Below are positions 16,736-24,530 of a stretch of DNA of 29,892 bases, piece after piece. Below the pieces are notes generated by a model. The model saw only the letters and a list, made by a program, of their open reading frames with translations. It was not told the DNA's origin and searched no databases. This DNA is from a virus (taxonomy: Duplodnaviria; Heunggongvirae; Uroviricota; Caudoviricetes): IMG/VR virus record IMGVR_UViG_3300020576_001396, positions 64,001 to 93,892 of that record. One strand, given 5' to 3'. The position numbers and the translations under genes were made by a program. How positions within the stretch are numbered: the first letter of the stretch is position 1; each line of letters starts with the position of its first letter.

Positions 16736-18229
16736 TTAAGAGGAAGCCCCTATGTTTATGTATAGTATTTGTCCTGGTGTTAAAGCAGACACTGTTACGT
16801 CACCAGTTACGTTATTATTTGAAATTTTATTCATTGTAGTATTACCTATCAAGTGTGTTAGACCTGGATTGTCGTATACTTTTACTGGTATGTTTGAACC
16901 AGAAATAGTATTAGGAACTGTACCCCAGGTTATATTCAACGTTGTTGAACCTATAGATAATCCTGAATTAACAGACGTACTTGCTAAAGTATAATCCGAT
17001 GAAGAAAATGCGTATACTGAAGGAGGAGTACCATCTTCGTGTTTTAAATGTATTGTACATTCAGTTCCAAATGTATTAGGGTGTGATATCTCTAACCCAA
17101 ATATAATGTCTTGATTTATTTCTGCTCCGTTATTTACACCTGTAGGTTGTATTGATATAGCTGTACCATCGTCCCAAGCATTGTAGTTAGCAGTAACAGA
17201 GTTGCCTCCAACACCTCCTTGTTCAGCCAAAGGTATGCTCCAATGTGAAGGTATAGTATTTGGTCCTGAATGTGCCGACCCGTTAGGTCTCCATAACCTT
17301 ATCTTTTGTACAGCATTGCTATTATAAGCCCATGTAAGTTGAGTAACATTAGTAGTTGTATCTGATGTATTTCCTGCTATTAACCAAGGTCCCATAGTAA
17401 ATGTACCTGTAGATTGTATGGTCTTGCTACCCCAAGTCTCAGAACCACCTCCAGGTAACTCAATGTAGTTTGAAGGTTGAGAAGAAGACTGTCTCCATGT
17501 AGTATCCTGAGTGGGTGAAAGATACAGATTCCAAGTATATGTACCTACATCTGTACTAGGAAAATCTGTCATTGCTTTACTGGACAAATCAGTCAAGTTA
17601 GCATCAAAATAAACATCTTGACCTCCTACACCAATAGAACTAACTAAGGCTCCTGTCTTATAAAAGTGTAGAGTACCTATATTTAAGTGTACCCCTATAC
17701 GATAGTTAGCTGATGTATAACCTAAGTCGGAAGGTAATATCTTTACTGAATTATGTGGAGCTTGGTTACACTTAACCCACCAATGTCCTGTAGAATAACT
17801 AGGGGTTAATGAAGGTGTAAGTGTTGTACCATGTGCAAATACAACATCACTAGTCAAACAGTATATAACAGGGCCAGCGATATCAGGATCGTGTTCATAT
17901 CCTCTGAAGTCCCCTAATCTACCTGGCTCATCTGGACTACCACCAGGACTACCACCACGTGGTGCAAGATATGCCCAGAAAGCTTTTGTACCATCTATTA
18001 TAGTACCTCCGTATTTTACGTTAAGTCCATACATCCCAAAAGTATCCTGCGGCCAATATGCCCCTAATCCTGCATCTCTAATTGGTTTATATCTAGACCA
18101 TTTATTAATACCGTTAGCAGCACCTGGGGTTGCTTTATCAAATGTACAGTTTGTAAATAAACTATATGTGCTACCACCTATAGTAGATTTAACTGTATTT
18201 AAACTTATATTTGTTGTACCTAAGGCCAT
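16736..18229 (-). CDS. Putative receptor-binding / fibre-tip protein (497 aa)
   Basis: N-terminal INKWSRYKPIR and PRGG...PGRLGDFRGYEH motifs characteristic of proteins that follow fibre genes in Bacteroidota phages; the remainder is S/T/N/G-rich beta structure. Confidence 0.65.
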   Translation of the reverse strand: MALGTTNISLNTVKSTIGGSTYSLFTNCTFDKATPGAANGINKWSRYKPIRDAGLGAYWPQDTFGMYGLNVKYGGTIIDGTKAFWAYLAPRGGSPGGSPDEPGRLGDFRGYEHDPDIAGPVIYCLTSDVVFAHGTTLTPSLTPSYSTGHWWVKCNQAPHNSVKILPSDLGYTSANYRIGVHLNIGTLHFYKTGALVSSIGVGGQDVYFDANLTDLSSKAMTDFPSTDVGTYTWNLYLSPTQDTTWRQSSSQPSNYIELPGGGSETWGSKTIQSTGTFTMGPWLIAGNTSDTTTNVTQLTWAYNSNAVQKIRLWRPNGSAHSGPNTIPSHWSIPLAEQGGVGGNSVTANYNAWDDGTAISIQPTGVNNGAEINQDIIFGLEISHPNTFGTECTIHLKHEDGTPPSVYAFSSSDYTLASTSVNSGLSIGSTTLNITWGTVPNTISGSNIPVKVYDNPGLTHLIGNTTMNKISNNNVTGDVTVSALTPGQILYINIGASS

Positions 18230-18230
18230 A

Positions 18231-19514
18231 TTATGTACTATATGCTATTACATCAGCTGTTGCTAGAATTGTTCCAGTTACAGTTGCTCCTGTATTAGTT
18301 AGATTTAATCTTAGTGTGCCCCCCATACCACCGTATACATTAGCATTAGCTGTTCCGTAATTATAGAACCTTATTCCATGAGTAGAAGTAATTGTTGTAT
18401 TACCATCACCTGCACAAATACCGGTTTGGGTTCCGTCGTATTCACCTATTCTTAAAGTTGCTACATCATTAGATTCTATAGTAACCGTGTCATAAGTATT
18501 GTTAGTAATGTAATCACTAACACTTCCTTTTACAACTCTAAAAGCAGGACCAGCTGTTGCATTACTTGTGTTATACCAAACTCCTAAAAGGGCTGTAGGA
18601 TCTGTTCTACCAACACCAACTCCTGTGTTTGTTATAGTCATACGTGGTGATCCTTGTGTTTCTAAGGAAATAGAGGGAGTATTTTTTAATATTATTTTAG
18701 AAGTACCGCCTCTATTACAAAAAATGTTTAACCAATAATCATTATCCACATACATAGAAGCTGTCTGCCTTACACTAGTAGTGTCAAAATATAAATGGTT
18801 TCCTACTCCTTCTATTGATATGTCGCCCGTAACATCTAATTTTGAATCTGGAGAAGTATTACCAATACCTATAGAACCAGAAGTTGCAAGAAACAATTGA
18901 TTTGTTCTGTTATTCCATGTACCTAAAATAAGAGCCTGTTCAGAACCGCCCCCATTATAATCGGTTATTATTCTCTGTGAGGAGCCATACACAGTATCAA
19001 ACAGTATGCCGTTATTGTTTGTTACACCGCTGTATAAAGCTAGGTTATAGCTAGTACCCTTATAGTTAGTTATACCAGCTGCTGTTACAACACCTGTAAA
19101 CGTAGGACTAGTAAACATAGTGGATTTAGACTCGTTGGTAACATTGCCTAAACCTACTTGTGAAGCTGATACTGCATGTGGATTAGAATAATTAGTAACG
19201 TGTGCCACAGGAGCATAAAGTCCTGAATGGTTCCCCCATCCATAAGCAGTATTCCAGTTAGCAGAGTTATTTGTTATAGATGTACTCCATGTTGAACTAC
19301 CTGAATAAAGTGCAATACCTGCAGCACCAGGCCATGTCATGCCACCAGAAGTAGCTGATAGTACACCAGCACCGTCTATACTAAGACCTCCACCGTTTAT
19401 CTTAACGCCTCCTAACGTACCAGCACCAGCTATAGGCAAGCTATAGCTGCTACCAGCAGATATTTCTCCTCTGTTTATTGAGGACTGTGTTTCTAGTGAG
19501 CTTAGATATGACAC
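18231..19514 (-). CDS. Fibre protein (427 aa, GTG start)
   Basis: LPIAGAGTLGGVKI, NSANWNTAYGWGNH, HAVSASQVGLGNVTNESK, GSIGIGNTSPDSKLDVTG and GVGVGRTDP beta-helix motifs; C-terminal ADVIAYST. Confidence 0.85.
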   Translation of the reverse strand: MSYLSSLETQSSINRGEISAGSSYSLPIAGAGTLGGVKINGGGLSIDGAGVLSATSGGMTWPGAAGIALYSGSSTWSTSITNNSANWNTAYGWGNHSGLYAPVAHVTNYSNPHAVSASQVGLGNVTNESKSTMFTSPTFTGVVTAAGITNYKGTSYNLALYSGVTNNNGILFDTVYGSSQRIITDYNGGGSEQALILGTWNNRTNQLFLATSGSIGIGNTSPDSKLDVTGDISIEGVGNHLYFDTTSVRQTASMYVDNDYWLNIFCNRGGTSKIILKNTPSISLETQGSPRMTITNTGVGVGRTDPTALLGVWYNTSNATAGPAFRVVKGSVSDYITNNTYDTVTIESNDVATLRIGEYDGTQTGICAGDGNTTITSTHGIRFYNYGTANANVYGGMGGTLRLNLTNTGATVTGTILATADVIAYST

Positions 19515-19515
19515 G

Positions 19516-20127
19516 TTACTTACGTTTGGTTAAGTCTAAAATTATACCTACAACAGTATTTAACTGTTTTAAAAATGCTTCGTTCCTTACTTCGTCAGAT
19601 TTCAAAGTCATCTCATCAGCTATCTGATATGAAAACTCTGAATCAAAATCGCAATCGAGACCGTAATGACCTAGTCTCATGTTCTCACGTTGTTCTTTAT
19701 TAAGGTAGTATACTGTGAAATCACATATACTCCTTGTGTGTGTAGGGTCACCGAAGGAACCCATGTAGCTATAATAAGGAGCGATAAGCTTGGCTTTACC
19801 ACCTGGTTTAAGTATCCTATGAAGTTCATTCATGAATAGTATAAACCCATCCTTATTAATATATTCTTTAATCTTTTCTTTATACTCCTCAAAGCTATTG
19901 CTTTCAGCTGTAGCCTTAATTGCGTATGTGTCAAAGGTGCTATGTGGTATATGTTCTATATAGTGTGAGCAATATACTTCATCTACACTACCACTTTCTA
20001 TAGGCCATGGGTATGAAGTTAAATCCATTTCATAATCTACACCTTCAACTTTAACTTTATCTATGCCAATATAGCCTGGCATTTTACTCTGGCCACAGGC
20101 CAAGTCTAGCTTTTTACCTTCAATCAT
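19516..20127 (-). CDS. Class I SAM-dependent methyltransferase (type 11-like)
   Basis: LDLACG motif I, DLTSYPWP..SGSVDEVYCSHYIEHI, ELHRILKPGG...APY and DPTH. Confidence 0.9.
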   Translation of the reverse strand: MIEGKKLDLACGQSKMPGYIGIDKVKVEGVDYEMDLTSYPWPIESGSVDEVYCSHYIEHIPHSTFDTYAIKATAESNSFEEYKEKIKEYINKDGFILFMNELHRILKPGGKAKLIAPYYSYMGSFGDPTHTRSICDFTVYYLNKEQRENMRLGHYGLDCDFDSEFSYQIADEMTLKSDEVRNEAFLKQLNTVVGIILDLTKRK

Positions 20128-20129
20128 AT

Positions 20130-20867
20130 CTAAAAAACTATGTCCCGTTTAACATCATAATGACCAACAAGAACTCTATTGTCACAAGCAAACTTGTAAC
20201 CTTTCTCTGCTGCCTTGCGATAGAAGTAGAAATCCTGTGTAAGATTACTTACTCCTTTAATAGGGTCAGCGTCTTGAACAGTCTTGAACCAAGGTTCTTC
20301 GATGTTCTTAAACATATCTAGCTTAAATAGATTGAAACCCATACCTAGTGCTGCAGCTGGCTGCACTTCACCTGGTTTAGGTACTAGTGGTTTTGAATCC
20401 ATCTCCTTGGCATCAGGGTCTCCGAATAGCATTGGGAATGCATTTTCATCAGCCTTAGCCCAATATAAACCTCCAACAACATCATACTTATCTATACTCT
20501 CGTATAGTTTAAGTAGACCGTCTGTAGGTGGTAAGTTATCTTCCTCTATTGTAAGTATGTATTTAAACGTACTAAGCCATGGATTCTTAAGTATGTACTT
20601 GATTAAAGCATTATAGGCATCATCAACATTCATACTCTCTGCAAATATAGGCCCTGCTACTACCTGATTCATAGGCTTAAGCATCTTCATCCAGGACTGT
20701 ACTACCCTTGTAGGGAACATACCTCTGGTTGGACATATAATAATAGTAGATAAGTCTTTATACATTTTAGACTTTTCTACATTTTCAATTGAGTGTTCGA
20801 GGTCATCGTTGTGTCTACCAGCGGTACTCTCGGCTATAATTCTAGGTTCTTTCGTTCTAGTTTCCAT
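20130..20867 (-). CDS. GT-A fold glycosyltransferase (GT2-like)
   Basis: IIICPTRG, YNALI, YILTIEEDNLPP (DxD-equivalent), DVVGGLY, GMGFNLFKLDMF, EPWF, QDFYFYRKA...GYK...D..V..GH. Confidence 0.8.
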   Translation of the reverse strand: METRTKEPRIIAESTAGRHNDDLEHSIENVEKSKMYKDLSTIIICPTRGMFPTRVVQSWMKMLKPMNQVVAGPIFAESMNVDDAYNALIKYILKNPWLSTFKYILTIEEDNLPPTDGLLKLYESIDKYDVVGGLYWAKADENAFPMLFGDPDAKEMDSKPLVPKPGEVQPAAALGMGFNLFKLDMFKNIEEPWFKTVQDADPIKGVSNLTQDFYFYRKAAEKGYKFACDNRVLVGHYDVKRDIVF

Positions 20868-20904
20868 ATATAATTTTGTTATATAGATTAATATAAGAAA
20901 GGTT

Positions 20905-21243
20905 TTAGTATCTACCTTGCCAATCTTTATTCATGTATGTTTTTAATCGATGACAGTTTGCACATAATACTTGTAAGTTATTATCGCTATTATTGTGTCT
21001 ATTACCGTCAATGTGATCTATATCCATCTGGCATAAATGCGTAGGCTTAAAACCACATATACAACACTCAGTACGATTATTGTATATTGGGTATAGATTT
21101 CTTTTCTTTCTTTTCTCTGAATTACAATTTGAACCGTATTTTCTTTTTATAGATGCATATTTCTTACACTGTACATTACAGTATATCATATCTATACGTC
21201 TAGGTATAAAAATACAGTTGCAATATAAACATTGTCTCTCCAT
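20905..21243 (-). CDS. HNH endonuclease with N-terminal zinc finger (free-standing, probable homing endonuclease)
   Basis: CLYC...YCNVQC zinc finger; CCICG...DIDHIDGNRHNNSDNNLQVLCANCH; AT-rich DNA. Confidence 0.9.
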   Translation of the reverse strand: MERQCLYCNCIFIPRRIDMIYCNVQCKKYASIKRKYGSNCNSEKRKKRNLYPIYNNRTECCICGFKPTHLCQMDIDHIDGNRHNNSDNNLQVLCANCHRLKTYMNKDWQGRY

Positions 21244-21255
21244 AGATTTTATATG

Positions 21256-21294
21256 AAAAAGGGCTGAGAGCTAATGCACTAACCCCAAGCCCTT
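21256..21294 (-). terminator. Intrinsic terminator after the capsid accessory genes
   Basis: Minus strand AAGGGCT-TGGGGTTAG-TGCA-TTAGCTCTC-AGCCCTT-TTT: a long stem with G-U pairs ending in a run of five U. Confidence 0.75.
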
Positions 21295-21319
21295 ACTCAT
21301 ACTATTTTATTTATAATGC

Positions 21320-21703
21320 TTATGCATATAAGTAGTCAACATAGACTTCATATGATGCTGTAGCAGAAGCGTTACTTGTGGTTCCTTCGATAATAACAAG
21401 CTCAGCATTAGCAGTCAGCTGGTTGCCTCCTGTAGTTGCCATTGTTAAAATTCTAGGTACGGTAACAGCAGCTAATGTAGAGATGTTAGAAGTAGCAACA
21501 ATGCTAACTGCACCTACTGCAATCTGGACTGTACCAGATGCACCAGTGATAGTAATAGCATTAGGAGCTGTAATTCTAGCACCAGTTACGATAGCGCCTT
21601 TAGGGATAATAAGACCTGTGTAAGTTGTTTTAGCTGCGTTCGCGATTGTGAACTCGGCCTTAACAGTCCTATTTGTCATGAATTCGTTTTTACTCTGTGC
21701 CAT
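21320..21703 (-). CDS. Small beta-rich protein, possible capsid decoration protein (127 aa)
   Basis: LIIPKGAIVTGARI motif and A/T/I-rich beta composition; follows the auxiliary capsid gene and precedes the terminator. Confidence 0.55.
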   Translation of the reverse strand: MAQSKNEFMTNRTVKAEFTIANAAKTTYTGLIIPKGAIVTGARITAPNAITITGASGTVQIAVGAVSIVATSNISTLAAVTVPRILTMATTGGNQLTANAELVIIEGTTSNASATASYEVYVDYLYA

Positions 21704-21712
21704 TGTATTAAT

Positions 21713-21720
21713 CCTCCTTA
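21713..21720 (-). promoter_or_regulatory. Perfect Shine-Dalgarno sequence TAAGGAGG
   Basis: 9 nt upstream of the ATG at 21703. Confidence 0.7.
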
Positions 21721-21727
21721 TTTAAAA

Positions 21728-22777
21728 TTAAGCTGTAAATGGTCCTACTGGTGCAAATGTACCTGCTGTAGAAGCCATCCAAGGGTTAAGAACGGCGAGA
21801 AGAGAATCCATCTGGTTTGCAGAAGCGTTGTTAGGAACGAAGATGATAGTCTTTATTGGAGTCTGCTTAGTATAAAGATTATCAGGAGCAATGTAAGATT
21901 TAGAATGCTCGATAACAATCTCATCATAAGTCTCATTCTTAACTGTAGACCAGTCTGGTTTAAGAATTGGCCAGTTAGTCTGGTTTGTGAAACCTTTGTA
22001 ACCTCTAACTTCTTTCTCAGCGTCTCTAGTAAGAGTCCAAGTACCGTTACCAACAACAGCAGCTGTTGTAGTCTGAGTAGCACCTGAAGCTACTTCGTTA
22101 CCGCTAGACTGTACTACTGTAAGGTAGGCATTGAATCTAACCATTACATACTCATCAATATCATCAAGAGATGAAGTACATGAAGGAATAGCCTGTCCTG
22201 TAAGAATAAGATAGTCTGAACCTGCGTTGAGTGTAGCAACAACTCTGGCGTTGGCTCTTTTGTTTACAAGAGCAGCAAGGGCAGCAGCAGCTGTGTCAAC
22301 TGTAGCACCTGTTGGGCAAATATATCTGTAAGCGTGAATGAACTGTCCGCCACCTTTCTGCTCCTGAAGATCATGATATACAATCTTAAGAAGAAGCTCG
22401 GTACCTGCAGTTACTGTAAGGTTAGTACAAGTAAAAGTAGTTACCTGCTGTGAAGTAGCAGTGTAAGCTTTACCTGTATAGTTTTTAACATAGTGACCTT
22501 CAATAGGGTCTGAAAAGATAATTTTCTTAGTTCCAGTTACAAGTGAACCAGTCTCAGTGGTGTAGTTGTAAGTTGTACCAGTTACCTGTCCGATATAGAT
22601 TGTGTCTGTATCAGCGATGGTAGAACCAGCTGCGAGAACTTTCTTACCTTTGTCAAATACTATTACCTCACCTTCAGCAGAGTTAGCACCTACTGTAAGA
22701 AGTGTAGCACCTCCTACAACAGCTGCGTTCCAGCTAATGTCCTTACCAATAAGAACTTTTGTGGGTTTGTTTAACAT
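21728..22777 (-). CDS. Auxiliary capsid protein (crAss001 gp36-like)
   Basis: 349 aa with VLIGK, IYIGQV, GQFIHAYRY, LILT and GNGTWTLTRDAEKEVRGYKG..N...WP...P......TYD.I.IEH; synteny after the ring gene; C-ending, high-expression-type codons like those of the MCP. Confidence 0.75.
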   Translation of the reverse strand: MLNKPTKVLIGKDISWNAAVVGGATLLTVGANSAEGEVIVFDKGKKVLAAGSTIADTDTIYIGQVTGTTYNYTTETGSLVTGTKKIIFSDPIEGHYVKNYTGKAYTATSQQVTTFTCTNLTVTAGTELLLKIVYHDLQEQKGGGQFIHAYRYICPTGATVDTAAAALAALVNKRANARVVATLNAGSDYLILTGQAIPSCTSSLDDIDEYVMVRFNAYLTVVQSSGNEVASGATQTTTAAVVGNGTWTLTRDAEKEVRGYKGFTNQTNWPILKPDWSTVKNETYDEIVIEHSKSYIAPDNLYTKQTPIKTIIFVPNNASANQMDSLLAVLNPWMASTAGTFAPVGPFTA

Positions 22778-22796
22778 TTTAATTAATTATTAGTTG

Positions 22797-23693
22797 TTAT
22801 TCGTTTTGATTGATTTCGATAGACTCTGTTTGATAACGTGGAGATTCTATGTTTTCAGTTAGTACTTTAACTGCTAACAACACAATCTCTCTGTGAGTGT
22901 GTTCCGGCAAATCGCAATCAGTTAACTGAGCTGTAGCCGTACCAGTATTTGTGAAGGCTGTCTGCCCTAACACTCCGGTAAACACTTCTCCTACGCTATA
23001 CGATGCACCATTATAGGTTACTGTGGAACCAGATACTTTGTATTTAATTCCTTCAACTATGTTAGATGTCCCGGCTGTCTGAGAATCCGTCAGTGCAAGA
23101 TTTACTCTTGCTGGTTTACGTAAGTACTTTAGAAAGTAATTCGAAATGGTGTACTGTCCGTCTGTAATTAACTCAATACCTTTTTCAGAAAACAGTCTTA
23201 ATGGTCTAGCAGTACCCAGATGTAAGATATGTTCACTATAAGGATTATTTATCATGGTGCTATATGTGTCTGAAGAACATACAACCGGATAAGTACGAAG
23301 AGTCTTACCCACACCTAGTACAGGATGAGTAAAACTAATACTTACTTCGTCATTGAGAAAAAGCATATAATCTGCAGGTAACCCTGTAGAGTCAATATGA
23401 TATGAATTTGGTTTGAATGAAATTGTATAACCATTAACTACCTCAGTTGCTGAGCTAGATGTGGGGGTTAACACAACCTCTTTAACTAGACTTCTTAAGT
23501 CGTCAACTCTCTTCTGAGACTGTTCAAAAGATTCACGTTTGACATTCATTCCTGAATATCTAACTTTAACGAATCTGTCTATTGCCTCGTTTATCCAAAA
23601 GTCAATCTCTTCTGTCTTAAAAGCAGCATAAGTCAGGCCTTCGGTTTTATCCAGACCTAACTTAACCGCTAAATGCATTGATTGAATGTTCAT
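22797..23693 (-). CDS. Tail ring protein (crAss001 gp34/gp35-like) with a 40-aa insert
   Basis: LDK...EEIDFWINEAIDRFVKVRYSG, FEQSQKRVDDLRSLVKE, YLRKP and CDLPEHTHREIVLLAV. Confidence 0.8.
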   Translation of the reverse strand: MNIQSMHLAVKLGLDKTEGLTYAAFKTEEIDFWINEAIDRFVKVRYSGMNVKRESFEQSQKRVDDLRSLVKEVVLTPTSSSATEVVNGYTISFKPNSYHIDSTGLPADYMLFLNDEVSISFTHPVLGVGKTLRTYPVVCSSDTYSTMINNPYSEHILHLGTARPLRLFSEKGIELITDGQYTISNYFLKYLRKPARVNLALTDSQTAGTSNIVEGIKYKVSGSTVTYNGASYSVGEVFTGVLGQTAFTNTGTATAQLTDCDLPEHTHREIVLLAVKVLTENIESPRYQTESIEINQNE

Positions 23694-24436
23694 TACTTAG
23701 AAGCTGTTTCTTTTGTAATTGCGAACTTTAAATCTTGGTTTTCTACTTTATCAATGAAGCTTACGACTTCTTCTAGGTTGTGCCCTATAATGTCTGTACC
23801 ATACTTGTAGATGTTTTTATTTCTACGTATGATGTTTTTCGCAATGGCGTCTTGTATAAGATACTCAGTATCTTTACGCGTGTTATTAACCCACTTCTCG
23901 ATAAATGATGCTGGATCGTTTTCAACGATATCACCAAGTTTCTGTTCTACTACCTCAGCACTCATCTCGTCAGCCTTGTTACCAAATATTCTAAGACACT
24001 TTCTCATATCTGAGATAGTAAGCTTATCAAATTCACGTAGAGCTGTACGTTTGATTTTGTTTCTGAGATTTGTTTCTTTTGCTTCAGCTTCCTCGTTTAT
24101 AATAACGTAGTTTGCTGTTGCTTTTCTATCAGCCAATCCATTAGCTACTCGCTTATGGCCTTTTAGAAATAAGTATCTCAATTCATCATAAGGGTCTTCA
24201 AGGTCCAATACAAGGTCCTTTACTCCCATCTTAATATTGAATGTGATCCAGAATGGAGACGAAGATATCAAATTCATCCTAAGTTTCTCGCCTAGTCGAT
24301 CCTCGTCTTCTTTTGTAAGGCCGGTATATATTCTACCAGTCCTTGTTAAATATGGGGATATAGTTGTATGACAGTTTTTATACTGTGTTACTCCCGCCCA
24401 TAAGTTCCTATTAATAGGTCTTATTACTACTTTCAT
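23693..24436 (-). CDS. Conserved crAss-like protein downstream of the MCP (gp33-like)
   Basis: YLTRTGRIYTGLT, LDLEDPYDELRYLFLKGHKRVA, DMRKCLRIFG and IAKNIIRRNKNIYKYG; conserved position. Confidence 0.75.
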   Translation of the reverse strand: MKVVIRPINRNLWAGVTQYKNCHTTISPYLTRTGRIYTGLTKEDEDRLGEKLRMNLISSSPFWITFNIKMGVKDLVLDLEDPYDELRYLFLKGHKRVANGLADRKATANYVIINEEAEAKETNLRNKIKRTALREFDKLTISDMRKCLRIFGNKADEMSAEVVEQKLGDIVENDPASFIEKWVNNTRKDTEYLIQDAIAKNIIRRNKNIYKYGTDIIGHNLEEVVSFIDKVENQDLKFAITKETASK

Positions 24437-24467
24437 TTTAGTATTTCCTCGTTATTACGGTATAAAC

Positions 24468-24517
24468 TAAAAGTTCAAACACGGGGCAGCTAGGATGTGA
24501 AGCTACCCCATGGAACT
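24468..24517 (-). terminator. Stem-loop after the MCP stop (terminator/attenuator or mRNA stabiliser)
   Basis: Minus strand ATGGGGTAGCT-TCACATCCT-AGCTGCCCCGT (11 bp including G-U pairs), extended by AGTTC/GAACT and followed by TTT. Confidence 0.65.
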
Positions 24518-24530
24518 AATATTATTGTGA

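Noticed and set aside
14893-19514. Diversity-generating retroelement target/template repeats in the fibre genes
   Set aside because: Similarities are at protein level only; I saw no near-identical ~100-nt repeat with adenine-specific mismatches and no reverse transcriptase in the window.
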